Positions 13,271 through 26,367 of a stretch of DNA of 64,000 nucleotides are shown piece after piece. The stretch lies in the NCBI GenBank assembly GCA_951406725.2, contig OX597829.1, positions 6,200,001 through 6,264,000 on the forward strand. The letters run 5' to 3'. The notes below the pieces were generated by a model. It saw nothing but the letters and a program-made list of their open reading frames with translations, was not told the origin of the DNA and ran no database searches. Within the stretch, counting starts at the first letter, position 1; each line of letters starts with the position of its first letter. The position numbers and the translations under genes were made by a program. Source of the DNA: Octopus vulgaris (Eukaryota).

Positions 13271-13321
13271 CGATCTAACTATCTGTCTTTCACCCTCTCT
13301 CTCTCTCTCTCTCTCTCTCTT

Positions 13322-13592
13322 ACACATTCTCTCTCTCCACCAGCAATTCAACCTATATATATTTCTTTATTGCCCAAAGGGAGCTAAACACAGAGGGGAC
13401 AAACAAGGACAGACAAAAGGCTTAAGTCAGTTACATCGACTCCAGTGCGTAACTGGTACTTAATTTATCGACCCCGAAAGGATGAAAGGCAAAGTCGTCC
13501 TCGGCGGAACTCTAACTCAGAACGTAACGGCAGCCTAAATACCGCTAAGTATTTCGCCCGACGTGCTAACGATTCTGCCAGCTCGCCGCCCT
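13322..13592 (-). mobile_element. tRNA-headed SINE family B (Meta-domain-like) with extended 3' tail
   Basis: Reverse complement GGGCGGCGAGCTGGCAGAATCG...GCCTTTCATCCTTTCGGGGTCGATAAATTAAGTACCAG...CAATAAAGAAAT. Confidence 0.88.
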
Positions 13593-13612
13593 TATAGACA
13601 TGATCTTATAGA

Positions 13613-13643
<31 letters not shown>

Positions 13644-13649
13644 TACACA

Positions 13650-13880
13650 TTCCATCTTAGGAAAAGATGTGCACACCTGTGCACACCTTTCAATGCTGTG
13701 TATGTCATAAGGTCTGCAATTCTAACGGAGGTCTTAAAAGACATTTTAAGATTCACAAAGGTCAGAACTTTACTGCAGCTCTCGGTGGTCCAAATCGAAG
13801 ATGCAATTTATGCGGGAGTCTTTTCAATACATTGATACATTGCCTTGTCTTTTAGACAAGGCACAAGAAGCAGACAACCA

Positions 13881-13883
<3 letters not shown>
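13650..13883 (+). mobile_element. Probable LINE (RTE-type) 3' end with C2H2 zinc-finger coding remnant
   Basis: FQCCVCHKVCNSNGGLKRHFKIH fits C-x2-C-x12-H-x3-H; a second partial finger CNLCGSLF follows; ends CAACCACC then (TA)n. Confidence 0.55.
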
Positions 13884-13918
<35 letters not shown>

Positions 13919-14120
13919 CACACACACACAACACACACACACATACACACATATATATATATATACACACATACATACATACATACATACATACATACAT
14001 ACATACATGCATACATATATACATACATACATACATACATACATACATACATACATACATACATACATACATACATACATACATACATACATACATACAT
14101 ACATACATACATACATGCAT

Positions 14121-14175
<55 letters not shown>

Positions 14176-14390
14176 CATACATACATACATACATACATAC
14201 AATACATACATACATACATACATGCATACATACATACATACATACATACATACATACATACATACATACATACATACATACATACATACATACATAAATA
14301 CATACATACATACATACATACATACATACATACATACATACATACATACATACATACATACATACATACATACATACATACATACATACA

Positions 14391-14421
<31 letters not shown>
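13884..14421. repeat. (TA)n/(CA)n/(TACA)n compound microsatellite
   Basis: Directly visible. Confidence 0.97.
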
Positions 14422-15055
14422 CCGAATAAACATACAGATAAGTACTTACAGACGCGCGCATACACACGTATTTATGTATACGCATACATATATGTATCTA
14501 CCTGTTTATGCATGTATGTGTCATTCTGTGTCCCATATATTTTGAGACGTTTAAGAAAAAATGAAATAATCATGTGATTGGTGTAACGGGATATCACTTC
14601 ACGATTAATCTAAAAGTAATGGAGTTAAATGTTCCCAAAATCGTTTTATTGTCTTGAAATGGAAGAAATACATCACATAACCTAATCGTAGATATCCAAT
14701 ACTGCGAGATGGTCTTAGCTGGAATGTCTCATCCTCAGTTTGACCATGTATTAGACATTATCAATAAAAACAACAGAATAAGCAAAATAATATTGCTAAT
14801 AAATGGTCGCATATCTTGGTTATTTGCCGTTCTAAATATGGGTTAAATGCGCGCTTCACAAACCTGTGAATCGCTAAAATTTCGAAATTGACCATTCCAT
14901 ACATACATACATACATACATACATACATACATACATACATACATACACACACACACACTAACATACACCCCCCCACACACACACATACACACATACACAA
15001 ATACACACACACACACAGATGCTCATACACGTTTACATACAGTCGCGCATATTTA

Positions 15056-16106
15056 TACGAGGGCCGGGTGGAAAATTCGTAGGCCGACTATAATGGAGGG
15101 TTGCTAGAAGTGCATTATTTTCAAACTGCATTGTTTTCTTCCTGGTAAGCTGACGTCTGACATGTTCAAAGAAGACTTGAAAAGTAATTTGTAGCGATTT
15201 CTCATGAAAATCAACAAAATTTGGTATCATGGTATTATGAATTACCTGCAGAAAAATAGTTTAGCTCTCAAGGACATTCATGCTGACATTAGGGGATGAC
15301 ACTCCAGTTTTATCAACAGTGGGTTACTGAATTTACGAGGAGTAGGGAGAGCCTTCAAGATCTGACCCTCCTACAACTGACAATCCAGAAAAAACATTAA
15401 TTATGCTTACCACATAGTGATGGATGATAGGCGATCGACTATAGACCTAATAGGTAATGGTATTAGCATATTCTGTGAGAAAGTTGAGAATATTCTACAC
15501 AATGGACTTGGTATGACGAAGGATTCTGCTCGGTGGGTGCCACGCCTTCTGACCACTGATAAGAAGCGCACCAGTTTCATTACGTCACGGGAAAATCTGA
15601 CATTGTTTGGGAGAGATCCATCTTGAGTGGCGGATTGATAATATAGGGCCAATATAAGAATACTAAGGTCGTTCCATTTTTCAGGAAGATGAAGCCTTCA
15701 AATTTCTGGGATGCAGAAATATTGTGTTTATCTTCAAAGGGACCACACAATCAATTGCTGAAGCAGATACGAAAGGTTATCGAGGCGAAACGCCCAGTAT
15801 ATCCGACGAAAGTGGTTTTGTTTCATCTCATCAGAACAATGCTCCAGCACACAAGTCCTTGGTTTCAATGGCTCCTATCACCGTCCCTATTCTCCTGATT
15901 TTGCCTCAAATGATTGTCAACTATTCCGACATGAAAAAAGATTTGGCTGGCAATCAGTACCGCAGTTGATTTCTTTGACGAACGGGATGAAAACACTGCA
16001 CGACCGTTTGAAGAAGTGTGTTGAAAAATAAACATCATTTGGTTACATTCCATTATTCCATTGGAATATCTTGGTTAGCCTAACAGTTTTGCAGCTGATC
16101 CCCGTA
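15056..16106 (+). mobile_element. Degenerate mariner element with TA target duplication
   Basis: TA|CGAGGG...CCCCG|TA termini with decayed TIRs; SARWVPRLLT, HQNNAPAHKS and a PYSPD-like segment; many frameshifts. Confidence 0.85.
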
Positions 16107-16649
16107 GATATATTATTACGCTTTAAAAGAGCTGAAAAGGTTGTTTGAATTGCTTTATTTTCAAATCAATTATGAATAACGAAAATCTGTTTTGAACAAT
16201 ATAAGACTAAATACATATAATTTGAATCAGAAAAATTTTCCGATATCAGTACATCACTTGTAATAATGGTGCCGAAGCCAAAGAGAAGAATGTAGAGTTG
16301 ATTTCATCCGGTAAACATATTTAACTAGATACCCGAATACAACTGCAAGGGGCCAATATAAGAAGTATTATAATTTACGTCATCATAAGAAAGGTCATAT
16401 TCGTAAGCAATTATTCGCTTTTTTGCACCTTAAGCTGGCCTGTTTGAACTGACTAAAATGAAGACAGAATTGACAAGTATTATTACTATTATTTAACAGC
16501 ACATATTACGTTTACATATAGTCACCAGTTACATTTATCTTGATGTGTGCAGAGAGAGACTTCATAAGTTCTTGGTTAATCAATGATTTAAGTAGTCAGT
16601 TCGATATCCGTTCCAATCTACTGAAATGTATCTCGTTGGTTTACTCCAC

Positions 16650-17093
16650 GGCAGTCATTAGGCGGCAGCTGAAACCACGGCATTGCCTTGAAAAATTGTA
16701 GTCTAACGAATCGATCCCAGCATTTGCTTTTAAAACCTGCTACGTATTCTATCGGTCTGATTTGCCGAACCGCTATGTTACGGGTACGTAGACATGCTGC
16801 CATCGGTTGTCAAGCGATGGTGGGGGGACAAACACAGACACACATACCTATATATATGTATGTAAGTATGTGGGGGGGGGACAAACACAGAAACACACAC
16901 ACATGAGCGCGCACGCGACAGAGAGAGATGACTGACTTCCTTCAGTTTCCTCTACCAAATACATTCACAAGGATTTTGTTGGCTCCGGGGCTATAGTAGA
17001 AGATAGGTACCCAAGTTGTCATGAAGTGAGGCTTAACGTGGAACTATTTGGCTGTCAAGAAAGCTTCTAACCACAGAAACATGCTTGTGCCTA
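16650..17093 (-). mobile_element. SINE family A, diverged
   Basis: ATTCTATCGGTCT...GCCGAACCGCTA...TTCAGTTTCC...GGGCTATAGTAGAAGA aligns to the 9203 copy. Confidence 0.8.
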
Positions 17094-17197
17094 TTGTGTA
17101 TGTATACACATGTACACAAACGCGCGCGCGCGCACACACACACACACACATATGTATATACATATGTGTGTGTGCGTGCGTGTGTGCGTATTTGAAT

Positions 17198-17410
17198 ATT
17201 CTTTTACTCTTTTACTTGTTTCAGTCATTAGACTGCGGCCATTATGGAGCGCTGCCTTGAGGGGTTTAGTTGAACAAATCGAGCCGAGAAGTTATCTCTT
17301 ACGCCTAGTACTCAATCAATATATTTTCATGAACCACTAAGTTACGACGATTTAAACACACCAACACCGGTTGTCAAGTAGTGCTGGGGGTGGTGACAAA
17401 CAGTCACAAA
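17198..17410 (-). mobile_element. SINE family A, 3' half
   Basis: CTTTTACTCTTTTACTTGTTTCAGTCATTAGACTGCGGCCAT...CGGTTGTCAAG. Confidence 0.8.
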
Positions 17411-17472
17411 GACACACACACATACACAAACACACACACACACACGCACGCACACACACACACATATATATA

Positions 17473-17691
17473 TGGCAGAAACGTTAGCACGCCGGGCGAA
17501 ATGCGTAGTCGTATTTCGTCTGCCGTTACGTTCTGAGTTCAAATTCCGCCAAGGTCGACTTTGCCTTTCATCCTTTCGGGGTCGATAAATTAAGTACCAG
17601 TTACGCACTGGGGTCGATGTAATCGACTTAACCCGTTTGTCTGTCCTTGTTTGTCCCCTCTGTGTTTAGCCCCTTGTGGGTAATAAAGAAA
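17473..17691 (+). mobile_element. SINE family B
   Basis: TGGCAGAAACGTTAGCACGCCGGGCG...GAGTTCAAATTCC...CCTTTCGGGGTCGATAAATTAAGTACCAG...TAATAAAGAAA. Confidence 0.9.
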
Positions 17692-17720
17692 CATATATAT
17701 ATATATATATAAATATTCAT

Positions 17721-17879
17721 ACAACGGGCCTCTTTCAGTTTCTGTTTACCAAACCCACTCGCCTGTTTTTTGGTCGGCCCAAGGGTATAGCAGAATACAT
17801 ATGCTCAAAGTGATACACAGTGGGACTGAAACCGGAATCATTTGCTTGAGAAGCAAATTTCTTACCACGCAGTCATGCC

Positions 17880-17883
<4 letters not shown>
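17721..17883 (-). mobile_element. SINE family A, 5' half
   Basis: CTTTCAGTTTC...CAGTGGGACTGAAACCGG...CTTACCAC...CCTGCG. Confidence 0.8.
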
Positions 17884-17949
<66 letters not shown>

Positions 17950-17961
17950 CGTTCAGAGATT

Positions 17962-18025
<64 letters not shown>

Positions 18026-19029
18026 TGTATATATATATGAGAGCGAGAAAGAAAGAAAGAGAGAATAAACGATAAGTATACTTATATATACATGCATATA
18101 TACATATATATCTATACCTACATAAATGTACACACACACACACACACACACACACTCTCACACACATGCATATATAAATATTGGCTTACGTTTCTAAAAT
18201 ATATGTGTACGTATTTATTAATTCTCGCCTATGAGTATGTGGTTACGTATGATAGGTACATGTGTGAATAATTTTATGCAGGTTTTTTCCTCGTTTTGTT
18301 TTAATTTATTTCTTATTCTTATCTATTTATTCATTTACTTATTTTGTAAAAGGGAGGAATATATTGTAAATAAAGCAGGAGACTGAAGGAAATATGAAGA
18401 AAGACATTGTTGGTGTAAAAAGAAAAACTGGCTTTATTGTGAATATGATATGAAATAAGATAACTGTTTGGTGATTTCTGCTGTTGCAGAAGTAAAATGG
18501 CGAATGGAAAACTGGTTGGAAGAGTTTAGTTTAACTGGTAGAAAGCTGAGGAGCAGAGAACGAAACCAGCGTGTTAGTCTAGGATTTATCCAATGTTCCA
18601 GAGTTTAATCCGAAGCTGTCAACATAGACCAACCGCAGGCGAGGAATTAATATTTGGATTACACTCGCCCTCTTTCGTTTTGTTCCCCTTCCATCATTTC
18701 TTACATTCTTTCTCTATTTCATTTATTTATTGTAGTGCATTTATATTTCTTTGATTTACTGTTTTGTTATTTAAGCTCTTATATAATAATGACGACGACG
18801 ACGACGACAACGACGACGACAACGATGACGATGATAACGTTGCTGCTGATGATGATGGCAATGATGATGATGACGACGACGACGACGATGATGATGATGA
18901 TGATGATGATGATAATTATCGGTAGACTTATTTTCATTGCGTGCTTTTTCTACAATACTGAGCGCGTCTGTATGCGCCTTGCGTATGTGTGATGTTTACA
19001 TTTAGTTTAATTTTTTTTCTCCGTTTTGT

Positions 19030-19880
19030 ATTGGAAGTACTCTACATAATACGTGTGCAGTGGCTTGTAGTGCTGTGTTATGTATATATGTTATTTCTTA
19101 GTGTTTTGGTCTTGTATTTTATTTGAGAGTGTTTTAACCATTCCCATGGTACCCATTATTGCAGGGGAGTGTTTCTGCTTTCAATCACCCAGTTCGGGTT
19201 ATCTGTATTTTTAGATATTTATATAGGGATAATTTTTATCATTTCATTTAGAGATAAATTATCGATTATTGGGACAGGTATTTCTGTTATGACGCACATA
19301 TTTTCACGGTTGTTTCACAACAATATCGGATATTGATCGCACTGTCTCTATGTATTAGTATATTCCGGATTAGGATCAGTTTGTCATACTGTGAAACATT
19401 TGCTGGCGCATTTTTATACACATTCCTTTTTGCTAGTATTTCATAATGCTGCTACGAAAGACAGCATCCATGGTATGAAACCTACAAAAGAATTATGCTT
19501 GTACATGCATTTTTTCGTAGCTAAAAACAATGTGATAAATTCTTTCCTTTGAATGTTCACATGTCCTGAATTTACATAAAGCATTCCACTTCATTGTATA
19601 GTTTTGATGCTATCTGCTACGAAGGCCATTTTATCTTGCCACAACCATGAATTCTTCACTTTCAACTTGGAATGGAAAATCTTGGGTTTCTCAAGCAATT
19701 TGCGCATTTTGTTGTATATTTCCCCATAATCACAGGATGTGTTGAGGAAAGTATATAGGCTTTGGTGGGAATATACTTCACTGTTTACATAATCTTGGCT
19801 AATGACACGGAAAATTAGATTTTTCCATTCTTGCTCGTTGTATGAAACACAGATAATTATGATCAAGCTGCCACACATGA
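19030..19880 (-). mobile_element. Highly degenerate R4/Dong-clade C-terminal region (restriction-like endonuclease end)
   Basis: Minus strand gives VITEIPVPIIDNLSLNEMIK, IMGTMGMVK and TALQATAHVLCRVL, paralleling IDMTVPIDINVS, IGALRMI and VLVGTAHILLKIL at 62011-62310. Confidence 0.6.
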
Positions 19881-20144
19881 GAAATGGAATCGAAAACTTT
19901 AATCAGTTGAAATTATGACAGCAAGAAATGCTAAAAAAAAAAAAAAAAAAAAAATTGTAATTCCCAAATTAAAAAGAGAGGAGGATTTCCAGAATTTCAT
20001 CGATCAAGAATGTCATAAAATTATTTTTGACTCACCGTATAATGTATGATCGTTTGCACTTATATATAGCTATTAATGCGGAGACCATAATCGAGATATT
20101 TCTCGATGTTACTATTCTAAATTGAATTTAAACTAGTGATTCAC

Positions 20145-21007
20145 TAAGTGGTTGGAAGGGTTAATACATGTAAGAAGCAGTTATCAATAGACACGGTGTG
20201 TTTGTCTTTTTAAAAGGGCAGAAAAAGAATAGGAGCAAACATGTGGATGTTAGTGAAGCACAACTTATTGAAATTATTTGGATATAGGAAGAGGAATAAG
20301 CTACAGAGTTCCCGTAATGTATTCCAAGATCCATGTTATTTCGTCCAGTTAGGTGAATATAGTCATTCTCAGATGGAGTTTTTTCAGGAAGGGTGAATTC
20401 ATGTAGTAGTTCGCATTATGTTTACATAGAAATACGGTGGTGGATTTGAAGTTATGGTCTGTGTTACGGAGGTGAAAGTTTATATGTAAAGTGCCGATTT
20501 TTTTGTTGATAAACAAAAATTAAGGAACACTAACACCGCACTTTAGTCCCGCCTGGTTCCTTACACTCATATATCAAATTTTCCCATAATGGGTTCACTG
20601 TCATAGGCTGCTTATGCCATACCATCCGCAACGTTGCACCTACTAGTTGGCACTTTACATATAAACTTTCACCTCTGTAACACAGACCATACCTTCAAAT
20701 TCACCACTGTATTTTTATGTAAACATAATGCGAACTACTGCCTAAATTCATCATTCTTGAAAAAATCCTCCTGGGAACGATTACATTCACCTATCCGCAA
20801 TTGGACTAAATAACATGGATCTTGGAATACATCACGGGAAGTCTGTAGCTTATTCTCCTTCCTATATCCAAATAATTTTAATAAGTTGTGCTTCACTAAC
20901 ATCCACACGTTTGCTTCTATTCTTTTTCTGCCCTTTTTAAAAAAGACAAACACGCTGTGCCTATTGTTAACTGTTTCTTATATGTATAAACCCTCCCAAC
21001 CACTTAG
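20145..21007. repeat. About 350-bp diverged inverted repeat with about 150-bp spacer
   Basis: 20145-20496 is the reverse complement of 20650-21007, with many substitutions and small indels. Confidence 0.92.
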
Positions 21008-21340
21008 ACCCTCTGAAGAAGCCTAGAGGCACATTCATCATCCAAACTTTATCTGCCCAACCCTGCAGAACTCTGAAGAGGTGGAGATAGCATGGCGTAT
21101 TTCGTTGCCTCTTGCCAGAAACGGCCGTAAGGAAATAGAACCCACTGAGAATCTGATCTTTCACTCTTTGGCTCTTTTCTGTAATATTAGTACATGCGTG
21201 TGTAACACCTAGTTATTACATGTATATATATTCTAATACTTTCTAATACTTTTGAATAAACAGACATACTAGAATGTCTACCGGCTGATGTATGTTGTTT
21301 TTGCATCCTCTCCATTTTCTTATTTGCCGTATAAATTAAG
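21008..21340 (+). mobile_element. Penelope-like terminal region with hammerhead-like motif
   Basis: CTGAAGA at 21073-21079, GG...CC stem II, GAA-ACGGCCGT-A at 21118-21129 with palindromic stem III; stem I poorly paired. Confidence 0.5.
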
Positions 21341-21498
21341 GGTAAACCCCCGCCCATACATTACACTCAATTGTGAGATTGCTACACAATAAACAGCAGT
21401 TGGGTATGAATAATTGGGTACACTACCAGCAGTATATTGGATAGGTACTATCCCTTAGTTGGTTGGTTTCCCAACCTCTAACTCACACAGAAATAAAT

Positions 21499-21584
<86 letters not shown>

Positions 21585-21609
21585 TCACATGCACATATAA
21601 ATATATATA

Positions 21610-21900
21610 CTAGCAGGTAAGCCCGGTTTCACCCGGTCTGTTTGGATGATGTGGCTGTGATCGTTTTCGGTTAGGCATAATCTATAACAGTGTTCCTCAA
21701 CCTTATCATTCCTCCTTGTCAGAAAAGAGCTTCAATTGTGAAGAAAGAATTTGTACGTAGTCTGTTTCTGGACAGCTGTCTAATCATTAAAACATTGATT
21801 TAATTATGAACATAGATGAAATTATACATTAATCCTATTTTTGTAAGCAGTTGTATCCATAAACATTTTATTTGCAGAGAGCAGAAATTGAAAGAAGATA
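21610..21900 (-). mobile_element. Helitron-like element, 3' end only (5' limit unresolved)
   Basis: Minus strand CCGGGTGAAACCGGG hairpin then CTGCTAG|T abutting (TA)n. Confidence 0.55.
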
Positions 21901-21910
21901 TATGAAATGA

Positions 21911-21958
<48 letters not shown>

Positions 21959-22285
21959 TTGAGCCTGTGTATGTGAGAGAGAAGAAGAGAGACAGCAAAG
22001 CGAAAATTTTGGCTGACTGTCATCCTGTACTCCCCTTGTTGCTAGCGAAATGGTATATGCCAACTGTGTGAGCAACTGGTTGTTTCAATGGCAGGACAAA
22101 CGGGAATTCCATTGGAAAAGTTTTAATCTATTTCTCGGTAACTATAGGGGCTAGGGAAAAAATACAAACCGTATTCCAATCTGTGTACCCATCTCCACAT
22201 GTGTGCCATTTTTCATGTGACTCCACCCAGCCGTTTGGGTGTGAGCCCCAAAACAAGAAAGAATACAACGATCGCCCATCTCCAA

Positions 22286-22384
<99 letters not shown>

Positions 22385-22670
22385 TATATATATACATATA
22401 TATACATATATATGTATATAACTACATCAAATAATATTTTTATAAACAAACCCGAGTTACGGAGAGAAAGCTAGTATGGAAGGCTCATAGTATAATAACT
22501 GTATAATAACAGATTGGCAAGGAGCCATGAAACCATCGATTTGTGGGTTCGATTCAGCCTGAGGTTAGTTCATCATTTTTCGGTCATTTGTTTATATTTA
22601 AAAATTGCCGCTTCAAAATCGGAGAACGTATATAATTATGATATATATCATATACTGTTATTGTACAGTA

Positions 22671-22733
<63 letters not shown>

Positions 22734-24967
22734 TTTAGCATGTGTTTGTGTACATGAATGTATTTGTGGAAATGTCTATACGTATATAAACACACATATG
22801 CACATATGCATAGATATATAAATGCATGTACATGTATATACATATGTGTTTGAATATGGGGCAGACATACAAATATGCATGAAAGCATACATATGACCTT
22901 AAACATGTTTATGTGTGTGAGTCAGATGGCTTTGTACATGTGATTAGACTGGTCATTTTTTGTGTCTTTGTTTTAGAGATGACCGCTCTGTCTATAGAAC
23001 GAAATTTAAAACAACTGGAGAAATAAAATGCAAATAAATCAACAGATGAAGGAAGGAAACAAAAATCCGATAAACATAAATAAATGAAGCCCGATTTAAG
23101 CAGTGATACACCATGTTACACCTTGCCTCCAAATAAGAGACATTTTTTACAAATATAGACAGTAATATGCTTTTTCGAAGAAACCAGATGATTTATGCAG
23201 TACACAAAAAGAAACTGATTTGTTCATTATGTCTCTGGGGATTAAAAACAAAATAAATTAAGCTGCTAGAAGGAGTAACTAAATTTCCATTTAATCACAC
23301 TGCACTTTCTTCAAAACGTTTGACTGTACGTTAGAAAATATTATCGTACGCGTCTACATATATATTCTGTCTAAAATATTGCCAGGGTGATCATGATTGG
23401 AATGTCTTTGATTATCATTGTTATGCACTTGATAAGATTTGGTTTGTGTTTAAACAATGACGATAATACAGCAAAAATGAGCATGTAATTACAGCTTGAG
23501 TTTTAGGAAATCAAGAAGAATTAGGCTTTATAACGTGCAAAAGCAGATGATGCAAAGCTCAAAACTAGGTATTCTTTAAATTGCAGTAGTGAGAACGGAC
23601 TTTGGTAGATGGAATGATATATGATATGGAACACAGCTGCTTGCATACTGAAGAACAGCATATGAACAGGTCAGTAACCAGTCAACCGCTACAGTAACAT
23701 TCTGTGCATTATTATACGATGTTCGAGTCTAAGGAAGATACTGCTAATGAATGATCTTGTAGATATGTGTATGTGCAATGTCATAAATACAGGTAATCAT
23801 AATATCCTTTCTTACTGCTGTTAATCACTGTTAATATACGGATGTAAGCTGATAATGAGTTATCGTGTAGTGAGGACTGTAGGTCAAATAATAAAATCCT
23901 AATGATATAAGATTGAACCAAATTCGATTCTCTCTTGGTTAGTGTAGATACATTCCTTAACCCATATATACCCATAAAAAATTTCACTGTATATACATTA
24001 AACGTTAGAGTAAGCTTTCACAATCTGGAAGGGAAGGACAATAGCTATATGTGAAGACTGCCTGCTGAACATTACGTATATTCAGTCAGATGTTTGCCGG
24101 CGAGTTCATGCCCAAACAAGTAGGATCGGGTTTTGCGTTGCGAAAACGCAACCAGGAGTATAAATAGGTTAAGAGCCGCTAATTCATTTCAAGACAGGTA
24201 TAAATGTCGCAATATCCCATTTGACTTATGCTAAAATATTCTTTTCGCCTTTTCAAAATCTAAATATATTGTAGGCTGTGGTTAGTGCTGCGGAGGAAAA
24301 CACACAGCTGTGATGAGATTAACATCTCTCGTCCACCACCATTTAACACCCAGAGTTTAGTTGAGTTTTAAACCATGCCATCTAATGAAGAAATAGAGCC
24401 CAATATTTTCATGAATTACAGAAATACTACAAAGATTAAGTGAGTTAGCTTCTAAGGAACCGGACGAGATAGTGACTTTAACAGCAAATAATTTTCATAT
24501 ATACCGCTTAAGTCTTGGAAAAAAGTATGTATGACTAGTATGCAGTTGCATTTTCACCCAATCAAAGGCATTTATTACTTAGAACTGATATGACCGCTAA
24601 AAGCAAAGGCTTTAATTTAAATTTTTCAACTTAAATTTGCCTTCAGTGTGTAGAACTTAATTTAACTAGCTCTCCGCGAGGACGTTGCCTAATTGGCTGA
24701 TTAATACCTAAACAAATAAATGATATAATTATAAACAATATAAACATTCAAGATAATTGAAACACATTGTTAGTTTTGTTTATCTCAAGCGGACGTGATT
24801 AAAAGCAATTCCATTGTAATCATCTGTCTTTACTCCCCCGGATTGCCTTATACAACGGGCTCTGTTTCAAAGAGGACAAGAAATGTTAGACGACAAATGA
24901 AATAACTAAAAGTAAGTTTAACCTGTCTAATCACCAACGACTTTTCCAGTTCAAATGCAAATGAAGT

Positions 24968-25268
24968 ACCGTCACTCTGTCGACGAGGGTTCCAGTAGAT
25001 CCGATCAGCAGAACGACCTATTCCTGAAATTAACGTTCAAGTGACTGAACACTCCACACATACGAGTTTCCTTAACGTATTCTCCGAGAGATATAGCGTG
25101 ACAAAGATCGGGATAAGACTGGCCCTTTGAATTACCGGTAGAACCCATTTTAGCCAGCTGAGTAAACTAGGGAAACGGGAAATAAAGTGTCATGATTGAG
25201 GTCGCAGTGCACCACCACGAATCGAACTCATGATCTTGCGATCATGAACCACTAAGCCACGCGCTTTC
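24968..25268 (-). mobile_element. tRNA-headed SINE family C
   Basis: Minus strand begins TGAAAGCGCGTGGCTTAGTGGTT (A box), then GAGTTCGATTC (B box); body unlike families A and B. Confidence 0.7.
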
Positions 25269-25722
25269 AATCCATTTGAAGTAACCCCCCCCCCACCAAA
25301 TAACATACGCACACATACACTGGCACAAAAATTTCTCTGCAGGAGTATGTGTAAAGCGGGTACTTTTGCAACATCTACCTGAGACTTAGGTGTTATATCC
25401 TGCATGAAAGATACCCTGTACAATGAAATGTTGATGTGTTGACTCTAAGAAGTGTCCATGATTACACAACTGACTTAGTCTATTAGATATTAATACAGTA
25501 AACACAATATCGTATACACCACACAGCTTAGCACTGAAAGATGTACTTCCTACAAAAAAATCATGAAATTTTCTGAAAAAATGATTTCTGATGAGTCTCT
25601 GAAACGAACGTGATGAAAGCTCAAATAAATAATTAACCAAAATTGTGACTACCTCCATTTTCTTGATATATAAAATCTGTACAACACTTCTATCATACAA
25701 ACTGTACATACATATAAACACA

Positions 25723-25785
<63 letters not shown>

Positions 25786-26029
25786 ATTTCAATGTCTTGC
25801 TGCGGGTGAAATAAATATATAAGCACATCCTTTTTATGCTATTCCTGAGTGGGAAAATGCTTTTTACTCTCAGTAGCAAATAAAGCAATCATGAATTATG
25901 TCCTAATATCAAAGACATGAATTAGGGTCTTGGTATTCTAATATTCCTTCTGCCTCATTGATATATATTATATGCAAGAACAAACGAACGATTATTTAAT
26001 TTACATTCATTCATTTCATTTCATTTATT

Positions 26030-26367
26030 CATTTACTTGTTTCAGTCATTTGACTGCGGCCATGCTGGAGCACCGCCTTTAGTCGAGCAAATCGACCCCG
26101 GGACTTATTCGTTGTAAGCCCAGTACTTATTCTATCGGTCTCTTTTGCCGAACCGCTAAGTGACGGGGACGTAAACACATACATATATATATATACATAT
26201 ATACGACAGGCTTCTTTCAGTTTCCGTCTACCAAATCCACTCATAAGGCATTGGTCGGCCCGGGGCTATAGCAGAAGACACTTGCCCAAGATGCCACGCA
26301 GTGGGACTGAACCCGGAACCACGTGGTTGGTTAGCAAGCTACTTACCACACAGCCACTCTTGCGCCT
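26030..26367 (-). mobile_element. SINE family A with internal deletion
   Basis: High similarity to 9203-9614 and 60582-60957. Confidence 0.92.

Noticed and set aside
18470-18670. Possible host exon (AG followed by ATGGCGAATGG)
   Set aside because: Stop after 10 codons; no recognisable product or donor site.
19933-19954. Poly(A) tail of a retrocopy
   Set aside because: No upstream AATAAA or TSD seen.
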